Both the position numbers and the translations under genes were made by a program. Below the pieces are notes generated by a model. It had not been told where the DNA came from. It did no database searches and saw only the letters and a program-made list of their open reading frames with translations. Positions 49,811 to 62,574 of a stretch of 64,000 bases of DNA are shown here, one piece after another (the stretch's first letter is position 1; the number at the start of each line of letters is the position of its first letter). Location: assembly GCA_030264375.1 (NCBI GenBank), contig JASCQW010000032.1, positions 45,772,490 to 45,836,489 of the forward strand, in the 5' to 3' direction. The DNA comes from Carcharhinus longimanus. Taxonomy: Eukaryota.

Positions 49811-49933
49811 CTTGGCAGAGCCCATCTGTGAATGCAGCAGCTTCTCCATATGTAGTCCATTGACTTCACTCAGGAGTAGCAGCTGTTTGTTCAGCCATTC
49901 CATCTGCTGCTGCACGGACTGTGTACTGGTGAA
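49811..49933 (-). CDS. TSC1: TSC1 (hamartin)-like coiled-coil exon, 123 bp, phase 0-0
   Basis: TTATTCCTAG acceptor and AAG|GTGAGG donor. FTSTQSVQQQMEWLNKQLLLLSEVNGLHMEKLLHSQMGSAK compared with recalled human [41 protein letters not shown] (same 41-aa length). Ortholog vs paralog is not resolved. Confidence 0.9.
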
Positions 49934-49974
49934 CTAGGAATAATTCAAGAGAATTAGCCTTCCACTACCAAACC

Positions 49975-50712
49975 CAGGCCGATTCCGGGGAGGGCTGATG
50001 TACGACGAGAGATTGACTAGGTTAGGGTTGTTTTCACTGAAGTCCAGACAAATGAAGGGGGAATAAAATTCTAACAGGACTGCACAGGGAGGACGTTCCC
50101 GATGGTTGGGGAATCCAGAATCAGGGATCACAGTCTGAGGATTCAGGGTAGACCATTTAGGATGGAGGTGAGACAACATTTAGAACATAGAATCCCTACA
50201 GTGCAGGAGGCCATTCTGCCCAGCAAGTGTGCACTGACACCAATCTCGCCCATGTCCTATCCCCACTTAGCTACACTGCTAATCCCTCTAACCTATCACA
50301 TCCCGGGACACTAAGTGTTAATTTAGCATGTCCAATAAACCCAACCTACACATCTTTGGACTGTGGGAGGAAACCTATGCAAATGAGGGGAGAATGTGCA
50401 AACTCCACACAGACAATGACCCAAGCCGGGAATCATACCCGGGTCCCTGGAGCTTTGAGGCAACAGTGCACATTTCTTCACCCAAAAAGTCACGAGCCTG
50501 TGGAATTCATTACCACAGGAAGTAGTTGATGCCAAAACATTAAATGTATTCAAGAGGCGTCTGGATATAGCACTGGGGGGAACGGGATGAAAGGTTATGG
50601 GGAGAAAGCAGGATTAGGCTATTGAGTTGGATGATCAGCCATGATCACAACGAATGGTACAGCGGGCTTGAAGAGCCAAACGGCCTCCTCCTGCTCCTGT
50701 TTTCTATGTGTC
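49975..50712 (+). mobile_element. CR1 3' portion with a nested minus-strand HE1-like SINE (~50180-50468)
   Basis: GLMYDERLTRLGLFSL..GESRIRDHSLRIQGRPFRMEVR; after the SINE the CR1 resumes CATTTCTTCACCCAAAAAGTC. Confidence 0.85.
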
Positions 50713-50825
50713 TATACTGAGGGGAAGGTTGACAAGAGAAATCGGAGAGTAATCTTTTAGTTTCTACTGAGCTCCCTGCAGCCACAGAACTAAGCCACCT
50801 GTATCATTGTTGGCACTGAACCACC

Positions 50826-51083
50826 AGTGTAGAGGGAGCTTTACTCTGTATCTAACCCCGTGCTGTACCTGTCCTGGGAGTGTTTGATGGGGACAGTGTA
50901 GAGAGACCTTTACTTTATAATTAATCCTGTGCTGTATCTGTCCTAGAGTGTTTGATGGGGGACAGTGTAGAGAGAGCTTTACTTTATATTTAATCCCATG
51001 CTGTACTTGCCCTGGGAGTGTTTGATGGGACAATGTGGAGGGAATTTTACTCTCTCTAACCCTGTGCTGTATCTGTTTTGGGA
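50826..51083. repeat. ~69-bp tandem repeat, ~3.7 copies
   Basis: Unit AGTGTAGAGGGAGCTTTACTCTGTATCTAACCCCGTGCTGTACCTGTCCTGGGAGTGTTTGATGGGGAC. Confidence 0.9.
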
Positions 51084-51272
51084 ATGGCCAATGAGAAGCT
51101 GTCCATTGCCCAGACATTTGGGTTGGCTAACTCTATAGAATGGCTGAAAGTATTGGGTGTGCAGCAATAAATACAAGTCTAAGCGAGTTAAACTGAGTTG
51201 GGGGACAACATTCTAAAGGATTTGATTCAAACCAGTCCAGGTTTTTGTTAAGCACATTGTCAAATCACTCAC

Positions 51273-51383
51273 CTTCTCTGTCATCTGGTTTAGGAGATAT
51301 GCGGTGTTGCATGCTTTGTTATTGACCTTCTGTAGTTCCAGCTTCAATTCCCCAATCATCTTCTGACAATCCTGCAGTTTGTT
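51273..51383 (-). CDS. TSC1: TSC1 (hamartin)-like coiled-coil exon, 111 bp, phase 0-0 (precedes the 123-bp exon)
   Basis: TCTCTCTTTTTAG acceptor and AAG|GTGAGT donor. NKLQDCQKMIGELKLELQKVNNKACNTAYLLNQMTEK compared with recalled human [37 protein letters not shown] (same 37-aa length). Confidence 0.9.
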
Positions 51384-51939
51384 CTAAAAAGAGAGATTTG
51401 GAAATTAGAAAACAGAGCAGGATCCATAAAGGCCACTGCACACATCAACCCTCTCCATCGAGCTTGCTTTGACTCTAACTTCCCTTGGTAGAAGCACCTG
51501 TTTAGCGAACTGCAGCTCCTGAGTTCAGTGGCTTCCTTTAGGTATTGGACTAATCTGTAAAATAAGCAGTGATATAAGACAGGGCAGAATCCTTACTGTG
51601 TAGGTGAAAAGGCAGAGTAGTGGGACTAGCTGAAATGCTCAGAGATGGCACAGACATGATGGGCCTAATGGCCTCCTCTTGGGCAGTACAGCCATGGATT
51701 CTGTCCCACCAATCAGTTTTCCTAATATCCGGATATTAGCAGCAAAGTTACATCTCCCCAATACAACTGCCCTTCATAGACATCACCCCCATTGCCCTCT
51801 CTGGAAGAGGAATCACATTATTTCATAGAGCATTTGACAAGCTCAGCCTAAACCTATCACCACAACTATAGTATCATACAGTGAGGCTGTTCAGCCCATC
51901 ATACCTCTGCCAGCTGTTTGGCAAATGCCCTGTCCTTGC

Positions 51940-52205
51940 TCTGGGTGGTTAGTACTGCTGCCTCAACGCTAGGGACCCAGGTTCGATTCCCAGCTTGGGT
52001 CACTGTCTCTGTGGAGTTTGCACATTCTCCCCGTGTTTGCTTGGGTTTCCTCCGGGTGCTCCGGTTTCCTCTCACAATCCAAAGATGTGCAGGTTAGGTG
52101 GATTGGCCATGCTAAAATTGCTCCTTTGAGTACCCGAAAAGGCGCTGGATTTTCAGCTTCGTTGAGGTGTTGATGTAAGCCTACTTGTGACACTAATAAA
52201 CAAAC
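51940..52205 (+). mobile_element. HE1-like tRNA SINE
   Basis: GTGGTTAGTACTGCTGCCTC..GGTTCGATTCCC..GGAGTTTGCACATTCTCCCCGTGTTTGC. Confidence 0.85.
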
Positions 52206-52794
52206 TTTAAAACCTCAGGAACTTTTTCTGAGTCCATATTCAATTTTGTTTAGAAATGAATACCTGAATCTGCTTCCTCTCAACTGCCGGATCACAACTA
52301 ACTGCATTTTTATTTCTCTCATTCCCTTTCTTTTGCTGAGTATCTAAAATCTGTATTCTCTGGTCACCAACATTCCTGTCAGCAGAAATAATTTACTATA
52401 TAAAAATACTTCATTTACAATTTGAATCCCAAGTGTCAATACTATTCTCCTTTTTAATCAAGATTTGCTTACGTCTGCCAACTACACAATTGAACAACTA
52501 GAAATCAATTTCAGTGCCAGTGAGGTCAGGTACGTAAGGCCATGTGTCTCCATGATTGGCTGATTGAATCAACAGTATGTTCCACCAACTGCAGTATAGA
52601 CGGCATTCAAACTGCCCGCATTTGCAAAGCCCAAAAAACAGAACATGGGCAGCACTTGTTGAACAATCCTGAGTGTACTAACAAAATCTAAGATAATCAG
52701 TCAAGATTGTAACATGGCCTATTTACACTCATCAGAAGTGACAAAACATTCATATTAGAACCTATCCTCTGCAAACAAAAGGAATATGTCCAAG

Positions 52795-53032
52795 CTTTGT
52801 GGAGTTTGCATGTTCTCCCCATGTCTGCATGGGTTTCCTCTGGGTGCTCCTGTTTCCTCCCACAGTCCAATGATGTGCGTGTTAGTTGGACTGACCATGC
52901 TAAATTGACCCTAGTGTCAGGGGGTTTAGCAGGGTAATGAGGGTTATGGGAATAGGGTCTGGGTGAGACTGTGGTCAGTAGAGACTCAATGGGATGAATG
53001 GCCTCCTTCCTGTCAGTACTATAGGGATTCTG
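52795..53032 (+). mobile_element. 5'-truncated HE1-like SINE
   Basis: TGTGGAGTTTGCATGTTCTCCCCATGTCTGCATGGGTTTCC.. with a CR1-like tail. Confidence 0.8.
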
Positions 53033-53687
53033 TGCACCTTTTATAAATTACACAGGAACTCAGCCTATTTTCCCATGACGATGCTTGCCCAATCAACTTA
53101 CAAGTTCCTTTTCTCCTGTAGTATAAATTGTGGTCATTTGAAATTTGGTATTCTTGCATTTGTCCTGATGAATACAAGACAAAAAGCAACGTATCTTTCC
53201 TTCCAGCAATATAAGTTACTGATTCGGCCTCGGATGCTTTTGCTGGGAGTCTGTTCGACATGAAGGGGAACCTTTCAAGGCAGATAGTTAAATACTGCTT
53301 TGTTCACTGTATCAGTCTCTCCAATGTATCTACTCCTTGACTACGAACATAGATTGTTAATGAACACACCCAGTAACCGGGTTACCATGGATAATTGAAT
53401 GTGATGCTGGCTGGTACATATACTGTCATTCCTTTGACACGGAATCAAAAATGCCTGAATCCCTCCACACCTCACAGCACTTTCACTACACTGACTGCAG
53501 CAGCTCATCACCATGCTAAAATTGCTCCTTTGAGTACCCGAAAAGGCGCTGGATTTTCAGCTTCGTTGAGGTGTTGATGTAAGCCTANNNNNNNNNNNNN
53601 NNNNNNNNNNNNNNNNNNNNNNNNNNNNNNNNNNNNNNNNNNNNNNNNNNNNNNNNNNNNNNNNNNNNNNNNNNNNNNNNNNNNNNN

Positions 53688-53893
53688 TTCCCTGCTGCTG
53701 TCAGACTTTTGAATGGACTTACCTTGCATCAAGTTGATCTTTCTCTACACCCTAGCTATGACTGTAACACTACATTCTGCACTCTTTCGTTTCTTTCTCT
53801 ATGAACAGAATGCTTTGTCTGCATAGCACGCAAGAAACAATACTTTTCATTCTATGTTAATACATGTGACAATAATGAATCAAATCAAAATCA
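53688..53893 (+). mobile_element. Rex1/Babar-like LINE 3' end (copy 2)
   Basis: The first 68 bp are identical to 49607-49674, then the copies diverge; (AAATC)n tail. Confidence 0.85.
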
Positions 53894-54230
53894 AAATTCA
53901 GAGTAGCAAAAGTCGAAAACATTGGTGGAGTAATTTATAGGTCCCCAACAGTAGTCATACCTTCGGACAGAACATTAAACAGGAATTTATTGGAGCTTGT
54001 AACAAAGGTGATATAATAATTGTGAGTCTTTAATCTTCACATTGACTGAAACAATCAAATTGGCAAGAGTGGCCTAGAAGGTGAATTTATAGAATGTTTT
54101 CATGACAGCTTCTTGGAGCAATACATTGTGGAACTGTCTATAGATAAAGCTATCTTAGACCTAGTCTTATGTAATGAAGCAAGGTTAATTGTTAATGTCA
54201 TGGTAAAAGATCCTCTAGGAAACAGTGAGC
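53894..54230 (+). mobile_element. CR1 endonuclease fragment, right half
   Basis: AAATTCA then ..GVIYRSP..FNLHID..FIECFHDSFLEQYIVE..AILDLVLCNE, which directly continues ESIWVEI from 49422. Confidence 0.85.
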
Positions 54231-55522
54231 AGAACCAGGGCCCAGAAGAGAGTAGATGCATATAGTGTTAAATACTCAGGCCCAGAGCTTAGGGAGGTTC
54301 TGGCCCAAGTCCTCCTTTCTATACATAAATTAAATGCCATGCATCATCATTCCAAAGTAAACTCTTATTTCCCACCACTTCCTGCTTACTTTCTCTGCCA
54401 GTGACAAGCAGGTGTGAGGAACAAAGCGTTGCAAAGAGGGTAGGGGAGCTGTGCTTGATTGATGCGATGTTTCAGCTTTCCATTGGAGCACTAGTCAAAC
54501 ACAAGATTGGTTGGGCCCAGGGAGAAGGTGCAGACATGTGCAAGATGGGCGGAGGCTTCAGAATGCTGAATACAACTGTGAAGACAAATTTTAACCATGA
54601 GACTACAAATCTGATTCGTTATTTTGGACTTTAAATTAACTACTTTGTGTCAGCCAAGAATTGAAACAGATTCTAGAGTTTAAAAAGGGGTCAAATTTGA
54701 TTCACTATTTGGCTTTTCAAATTCCTCACTTATTTCAGCCATTAAAACATAAGTTGCTGTTACATCCCTATGGACCCAACACGTTCCAAACAGTTCAAAT
54801 TGTAGTTTGAAGTGAAGGAAGATCATTTTAATACCAAGTTGGATGACACTGTATGGTGCATTTTAAGTGGTCCTGAACACCCAACGTTTGTAGTTAACTG
54901 CTGTATATGACTTTATGGAATTTAGTTCACAACCTGCAACGTTGAAAACACTCACTGAAAAAGTTCCCAAACAGAAAAAGAAATAGTTCCTTTCTTTTAA
55001 AGGACACAAATAATTCATCCTGAGGTGATAGCTGTTGATCTTTAATGCATGAGGATGGTTTGTGTTATGGGAGCATTTTACAGAACCCAAGCAGTGGAAT
55101 CCAAGCCGTTGTTTAGTGAACAAAAGTGCTTTGTATTCCCCTTTGAAGCTGTGTTACAGTTAGTCAGAAAATTCATAACATAATTTATCCAATGTAGTAT
55201 CAATTAGGCACTTTGCGATGGAAAGCTCAGCTCAGTTGAATACAGCACTGAGATTCAGCTTGAGAAAAGGGAGTGAGATGGAATAGTGCTTTTAACATAC
55301 CTAACTGGAGGATACTGCAGCTCACTTTAGACTGGATCCTCAATGAGGAAGCTGGCATTACAGAGCAGGTGGAGATGTAGTGAGATTTGGTAAAGAGAGT
55401 GGAGTTGACCGCATCAAAAGTTATGGGAAGATCAAGGCCAGATATGCACTTCAGTCACAGACACATGTCATTGCAACTTGGCTAAATGCTGTGTCAGTGC
55501 CGCGAACTATGTTCAACAATGG

Positions 55523-56884
55523 ACCTGCAAGAAGAATTGGCGCTAGTGACAACAACATATTCAGAGGAAAGGGACATTGGAGAAGCCTAGTTATATGCAA
55601 GGACTGAGGAATTGGGAGTTGTTCTCTGAGTTTTGAATGCAGAAAAGACAGTACCTGAGGATAGTGAACTTTCTAAATCATTTCAGCTTGCATGAGGACC
55701 AGGAAAGGAAATGGGATGGACAGCAGTATAGAGGAAGTGAGGTAAACAGAGCGCACAAGTCAAGAAGTTATTCAGAATCACTTGGAATATTGTATTCAAT
55801 TCTGGACAATACACTTCAGGAAGAATGTGAAGATTTTGAGAGGCTATAGTTGAGATTTACTAGGATGGTTCGTTCCAAGAATGAGGAATTACAGCTACAA
55901 AATCTGGACTTGTTTTCCTTGGAGCAGAAAATGTTAAGAGGAGATTTGATGGATGTATTTAAAATCATGAAGGGTTTAGGTCGAGAAAATGAAGAGAAAC
56001 TGTTTCCAATAGCTGAGGTGTCAAGAGCCAGAGGACACACATTTAAGGTGATTGCAAAAAGCATGTTTTTCCTCATGTTGCCTATGAATGGTTGGTATGC
56101 TCAGCCTGACAAGGTGGTGGAAACAGGCNNNNNNNNNNNNNNNNNNNNNNNNNNNNNNNNNNNNNNNNNNNNNNNNNNNNNNNNNNNNNNNNNNNNNNNN
56201 NNNNNNNNNNNNNNNNNNNNNNNNNNNNATGAGTCAAATGATTTCCTTTTATGCCATACTGTTCTAGCTATTTTTTAGATTCTGTGGTGCATGGCACTCT
56301 TTGTGTGGAAGGATGGTTCTTGATTCTAAATTACAAAGGTTAGATCTTAAAAATGACAATGCCTTTCATTTTCTTCTGAGTCATAGGATATGATGTGAAT
56401 AATTCAGCTGTTCAAATAAATTCTGGAAAGACTTTGAGCTGAGAATGAAAATGAATATGATGCAATGTGATTTGATGAATTGATCAATTATTGCCATTAT
56501 TTATATACTACATATGTATAATTTAACGTAGCATTTTAAATTGTAATAAAATATGCATTTGGAAATTGAAATTTCAGAATCTTGCAAGAAGGATTGGTGC
56601 TGGTGACAACAACATGTTCAGAGGAAAGGGACATTGAAGATAGTCTCATTATATGCAATGACTGAGGAGCTGGGAGTTGTTCTCTTTGAGAGAGGAGCTT
56701 TGAATGTAGAAAAGACAATACCTAAGGATAGTGAACTTTCTAAATCACTTCAGCTTGCATGAGGGCCAGGAAAGGAAATGGGGTGGACAGCAGTATGGAA
56801 GAAGTGAGGTAAACAGAGTGCACAAGTCAGGAAGTTATTCAATACCACCTGGAATATTGTATTCAATTCTGGGCACCACCACAC
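55523..56884 (+). repeat. ~300-bp diverged direct duplication (55523-55814 and 56581-56884)
   Basis: Shared GTGACAACAACAT.TTCAGAGGAAAGGGACATTG..GGATAGTGAACTTTCTAAATCA..GGAATATTGTATTCAATTCTGG. Confidence 0.9.
55780..56275 (+). mobile_element. CR1 LINE 3' fragment
   Basis: RFTRMV..LDLFSLEQKMLRGDLMDVFKIMKG..SRARGHTFKV. Confidence 0.85.
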
Positions 56885-56999
56885 CAAATAGTCAAATGTA
56901 TTTGAATTCAGCAGTTTAATATTGTTATATAATCTGGTCTGTGGGCCTAGAAACAAGGGAAACTCCATTGGGTATATCGACAAAAAGGTGCACAGGTAA

Positions 57000-58045
57000 A
57001 TGAACAGTGGGAAACATTTAAAGAAACATTTCAACATCTTCCAGAAAAATACATTTCATTGGAAAACAAAAGCTCAATGAGAAAGGTCCACCTGTAGCTC
57101 ATTCAAGAAGTTAAATATAGTGTTGGATTAAAGGAAAAAGCATACAATGTTGCAAAAAACAGTGACTCGTCTGAGAATTGGGATTGTTTTAGAAACCAGC
57201 AGAAGGCCATCAAAAAGTTGATTTTAAAAGGGGAAAAATATAATAGGAGAGTAAAGTAGCCAGGAGTATAAAAACAGATTGGAAGAGCTTTGATGAGCCT
57301 ACATAAAAGAGAACAGCTAAGGTTCCTTAAATGCAGAAACAGGAGAAATTATCATGGGATGTGCTTGTACAAAGAGATTTGGGTGCGCTTGTACAAGGAA
57401 CACAGAAAGTTAGCATGCGTGCAGAAAGCAATTAGGAAAGCAAATGGCGCATTGCCTTTATTACAAGGGATTGAGTATAACAGTAGAGAAGTCTTGCTAA
57501 AGTTGTGCAGGGTTTCGGTGAGATCACATCTGTGTGTAGCTTTGGTCTCTACATTTAAGAAAGGATATATTTGCCTCAGAGGCAGTACGGTGCAGGTTCA
57601 CTGGATTGGGCCCTGGGATGAGGAGATTGTCTGGTATGGTGAGAGGCAAGTAACGTGGGCTCATATTCTCTGGAGTTTTGAAGAATGAGAGGCAATCTCA
57701 CTGAAACCTACTAAACTCTGAGGGAGCTTGATAGTGTAAACACAGAGATTGTTTCTGCCAGTTGTGAAGTCTAAAACACAGGCACAGTCTCAGAATATGG
57801 GGCCAATTATTTAGGACTGAGATGAGGAGAAATAGCGTCACTCAAAGGGTTGTGAATCCTTGGAACCCTCTGCCTAGAGGGTTCTGGATTTTCCATCGTT
57901 GAATACATTTAAGATTGGGAGAGACAGGGAAATGGGGAATGGGTGGGAAAAGGGATTTGAAGCCCATGATCAGCCATGATTGTATTGAATGGTAGAGCAG
58001 GCTCAATGGACCATGTGGTCCACTACTACACCTAGTTCTTGTGTA
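57000..58045 (+). mobile_element. Internally deleted CR1 LINE
   Basis: VQKAIRKANG..GIEYNSREVLLKLCRVSVRSHL; 3' UTR GATCAGCCATGAT..ATTGAATGG. Confidence 0.85.
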
Positions 58046-60239
58046 GTGTTAAGAATTGGGGAAGATTAAGATGAAAAAAGTCAAAGTGGGGAGTTGATTA
58101 GAGGCAGATGGCTAGAGAAATTATGAGATGCGAATTAGCCGATCAATGGGAAATAAGTATTTTACCTATGTGAGTAGTGAGAACAATGGGGCTATAAAAG
58201 TAGTAACTTCAAAGTGAAAAGAAAGCTGACTTCACGGAGAGATGAAATCAGTGGAAAAGAAATGGTACAACTATAGAGCCCTGACTACAAAAAAAAGGAA
58301 GATAAGGGAGAGAGATGGTTAAATATCAGAGCTGCAGCAAGTTGCAGCTATAGTCTCCTGAGAGAAGCTGCCAGTTTCCTCCTCGGCTGAACCAAAGGAC
58401 CATTCCCCAGACATGGCCACCTTTACCTGGTGGTGATAATTATTTGCTGGATTTAGCTCAGAGTTACTCAATATTGGATGTTGTTTGGGAAAGGGAGTGT
58501 TTAAGAGTTCGGCTGAATGTAGATAGTTTTGGAGTCAAAGGGATAGTTCTATGTAAAATTATGTGCATATAGCCATCAGTATCTTTAAGTGTATTAATGT
58601 TTGCTGGTAATACCAAGCTAAGTGGGGAGATGAACTGTGGGGAGGATTATAGTCTTTCTTGTTGTGTGTGTTTTTGTTTTTCTTTTAAGTTAATAAATAT
58701 TCTTTATTCATTGTAGTGAAAGGGTAGGGTCTGTGTCAAAATCATTTTTTTCCCATATCATTAATGAGTATGTATGTGTGAGGCTGGAAACTTGGTGCTC
58801 TTGTGTCAGTTTTGTTATGGAAGGTAACGTGCCATTATTTCATCTCTGGAGCTTAGGCTCAAAGGGTGTAGTTTTTTTCTTTTTGCTAGCTAGAATGGTT
58901 CTTTATTAGAAGAGTTCCTGTGGTCTAGATCTTGTTAATTGTGGATGTGATGATTGTTTCCCAGTCAACTCCATTGCCAAGCAAATCCACCCAAGAACTT
59001 TGCCATTCTATATGTCTGTGGTTGGTTTTCACTACTTGGATGTGAATATCAAATATTCTCTTGCATTTCTTCAAGAAACAAACTTTACAAACCTGGTCAC
59101 CAAAATTAGAGCAGATCTACAGCACTGGGATAATTAGCTTACAGAATGCAATTTATAAAAATAAACATTTTGCACAGTTTCATATTTCTTTTTGAAGGTC
59201 TTCCTATCTTTTTACCAAAATCATTTTTATTATGGTTAACAAGCTGAAATCAACAGCAGGACTCCTAAATCCTGTAGAGCAATACTTGAAAGGAAGCTGG
59301 GATGGTGAGCTAGCACTACATGACGTACTGTACTATTACGGAGTAGCCAGTATTCAAAAGGTTTTAAAATGGTGTCGTGGCCTCAGTATAAACTGGTGTC
59401 TTATGGACGCACATTCCTGCTGCTCATCCTTTCTTTCTGCCTTAATTTGTGCCCCACTATCCTTATCCCTTCTAAACCAACATCAGCCCCCGTGTTATGA
59501 TTTCCACTTTAAAAATATGGAAACAATTTTGTTAACATATTAAACTTACCACTCCTTCTCTATTGAGCCCTATATGTAACAATCACTTATTGTTGCCTTC
59601 CAAGCTTGTCTCGGCATTTGTCTTGTGGAGAGAGAGGGGACTCGAACGTTTTAATGATTTGACTGTAGATGTGACCTTTGCCAGTTTCAGCAAGCTTGCA
59701 AGAAGACTTAACGTGCTTCAATCTTAGTCTTTACTGTTATTTTTAAACCCAGAGTTTTGTTTCCTTTCATTGCTTATCCTTTCCTTAATTACCTCCAAAT
59801 ACATTATGGAAAGGATTTTGTCACTGCCCCAAACTTGTGGATGTTTTATTTCAAGATTGTATGGTTTCATGCTATCCTCTGGACCTTCTCATCTCCGTAA
59901 AGATAAAAAACGATTGGATCAATCCACATCCTCCTGTGCTCGGTTAAGCTTAATTCAGTTTAATAGCTTGCACAGAATTCACTTCACCAAGGCTAGAATC
60001 AGTAAGTTTTTTTTCAAGCACAAACAACAAATGTGACAAGTGTTTACTTGCCCCTGCAGACCATACCCACATATTCTGGTTATGCTTGAAGCTAGCTGAT
60101 TTTTGGTCGTCCTTCTTTAACACTCTGTCCAAGGCACTTGATATTGACTTGCAGCCTTGTCCTTCAATAGCCATATTTGAAGTCCATCCAAACTGGCTCA
60201 TCTCACTAAGATTGAGGCAGACGTCATTGCATTTGTTTC

Positions 60240-60560
60240 GTTAATAGCTTGCAGGTGGATTCTATTAACTTGGAGGTTCCCCAGACTACCCAATGTTTCA
60301 TCCTGGTTGGAAGATTTGAAGTATTTTCTTCATTTGGAGAAAATTTAAATATACCATAAGAGGGTCCTGAGAATTTTTTATCGCAGAGGGCAGCCATTCG
60401 TTTCTTCCCTTAGGCAGTTAATTACTGTTGATTTTTAATTTAAATTATTTTTTGCATAGATCTTGTTTGTGTCTGTTTGTTAACTGCGGGGGGTGGAAAT
60501 GGAAATACTTCATTGTATTGTACTTTGATTATCTGTTCCTTACCTCTTGAAAAACTCTTC
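60240..60560 (+). mobile_element. L1/Tx1-like LINE 3' end relic
   Basis: VSSWLEDLKYFLHLEK..YTIRG-like C-terminus followed by a T-rich UTR. Confidence 0.45.
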
Positions 60561-61813
60561 TAATTGCAGACATGAGGCGTCCACAGTAGTTTGGGTCTAA
60601 ATTGGAAAGCTCACCAAGATATTGCAAAGGTGGTTTATATGAAAAATTCACATTTATGCAAATAAATCCTAGAAGCTGTATTATTTCGAATGGGGAAAAG
60701 CATCTTCCTCTGTGATCCCACCCTAATCAGGTTCAGCAAGGGCTTCTCTGGCAAATTCTGATGTATCAAAAAACTAAATTACAATAACCCTGACATAATT
60801 GCTGTGCATGTAGGGCCCTATTTTCAAACCCAACAAAGAGTTCTCAAATCCAAATCTTAAGCTTATTCCACATTGTATCTTAATTGAAGGAATGCTTGAG
60901 ATGATGGGCTGTTTTGTGCACATTGAAGCCTCTGGAAGAAGGTGACTTTTGTCAGCTTCCCACTTCTACCACTACTACATGGGCAGTTTGCCATGCATGT
61001 TTTCTATGTGGATGCATGAGAGGGAGTGAATGGGAATGTCTCAATGTGCTGGCAACCTGCAGAGGGAGCACCATCATTTGCTTATTTCAGCTACTGAATA
61101 TAGCCTCACCACAGCTACTGATCAAAAAAGGTAGCAATCCTCATGGCATCAGTAAGATCAATTAAGCCTTCTAAGGTCTCTGTGACAGATCCCCAATTTT
61201 GTAGTGGCCAGAAGAGAGAACCTCAAGTATCTGTGACAATAGTTAAGTAAGTGTAGAGAAGCACCTTTATTCTTCGGGCCTCTGACAATGGAGACTTTGT
61301 GGCAGATATTCATAGAGCTGCCACATACTGTAAGGTGAGCCATCACACAAGCCTGTATTTATGTGACTAGTAGACTCTCGTTGAGCCGCCATCTGTCACA
61401 CTGTGTTTGACTTAGTCCCTAGTGGTTGTACCAATACAAATGTGCTTTTTAAAGGTGAGTACAGTGAAGGCTTATCAAGCAAGGCAGGACACAGACTGGG
61501 TAGCAGCTTAGTTCCCCTTCTGTCCCACAATGAACTGCTTTGGTGCATTCATGTTTTGTGACTCTGAGTCCACTTCCCCCAACACATTTTCAAAATTCCA
61601 TCAGGATGGACGTAAGTGATCTGGTGGACGAGAGGGAGCGAGTTATTGACAATACACAACTCTGTATTTGATAAGTGCTGGAAAGACCACCTGTCATGGG
61701 GTCTACTTCGTCCTCTTGTGGTATGCCTAGAGAAAGAGAAGAGGAAGACCATTTGCTAAAGTGTACTTGTGAATAGAATTCACATATAGCTTTCAGTAGC
61801 ATTGACATGCTTA

Positions 61814-62550
61814 TGTTGGGGTACGGGTCAGAAATCTCAAGGTTTATTGTGAAGTCAGTCTAGACTCCAACGATTTGCTATTTTAGCATTAATGTAAGGA
61901 TATGATGTTTCACTCCAAGTGCGATTCTACTGACACATTGGGAATCTTTCATCAAAACAAATTTTATTTAACAACATAGTTAACTATAACAAATGAATTA
62001 GCTTGACTTTTAATAATCGAACAATATTTAGACAAGGCACAAGATACAATTTTTAACTGCTAACCTGAGATCTAATTTGAGCAATATTCCTCTTATAGAC
62101 TTAAATCCCCGCTTTAAAATCAGTTAGCAAAACACAGGCTTACTTGCTTGTACTTAGGTTGCCAGTCTGGGAGCACTTAGACACCTTCTGGAGAGAGATA
62201 CACACCTTGCTTCTTTCAAAACCAGGCAGTAATTGCCTATTTTGAAATAAAAGAGAAACTGTGTTTTTCCCCTGCAAGTTTAGCTCCTCCCATCAAGTGC
62301 ATGACTCGATCCCTGTCAATAAACCTATTCAAGACTCTACTCTGAAATCCCAGAGAAAACTTAAGTTATCACAAATGTATTATCTCAACTTAAAATAAAC
62401 ACCACAAAGTACTCATCCTGTTTCCCAGCTACCAATTTAAAATACTTATTAGAAAAATTGGCATTTTGCATACCAGATCCAAGTTTTAAACACATCCCTT
62501 ACAAAAAAATGTGATATACATCTATTTCTTAAAGGCATAGTATCATCACA
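61814..62550 (-). mobile_element. Possible solo LTR
   Basis: TG..CA ends (TGTTGGGG..CATCACA). The start resembles 36857-36930. No internal coding sequence. Confidence 0.35.
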
Positions 62551-62574
62551 GTTAATACTTTTAAAATCTACGTA

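Noticed and set aside
51384-53587. Further upstream TSC1 exon
   Set aside because: I found no open frame with matching splice sites and hamartin similarity.
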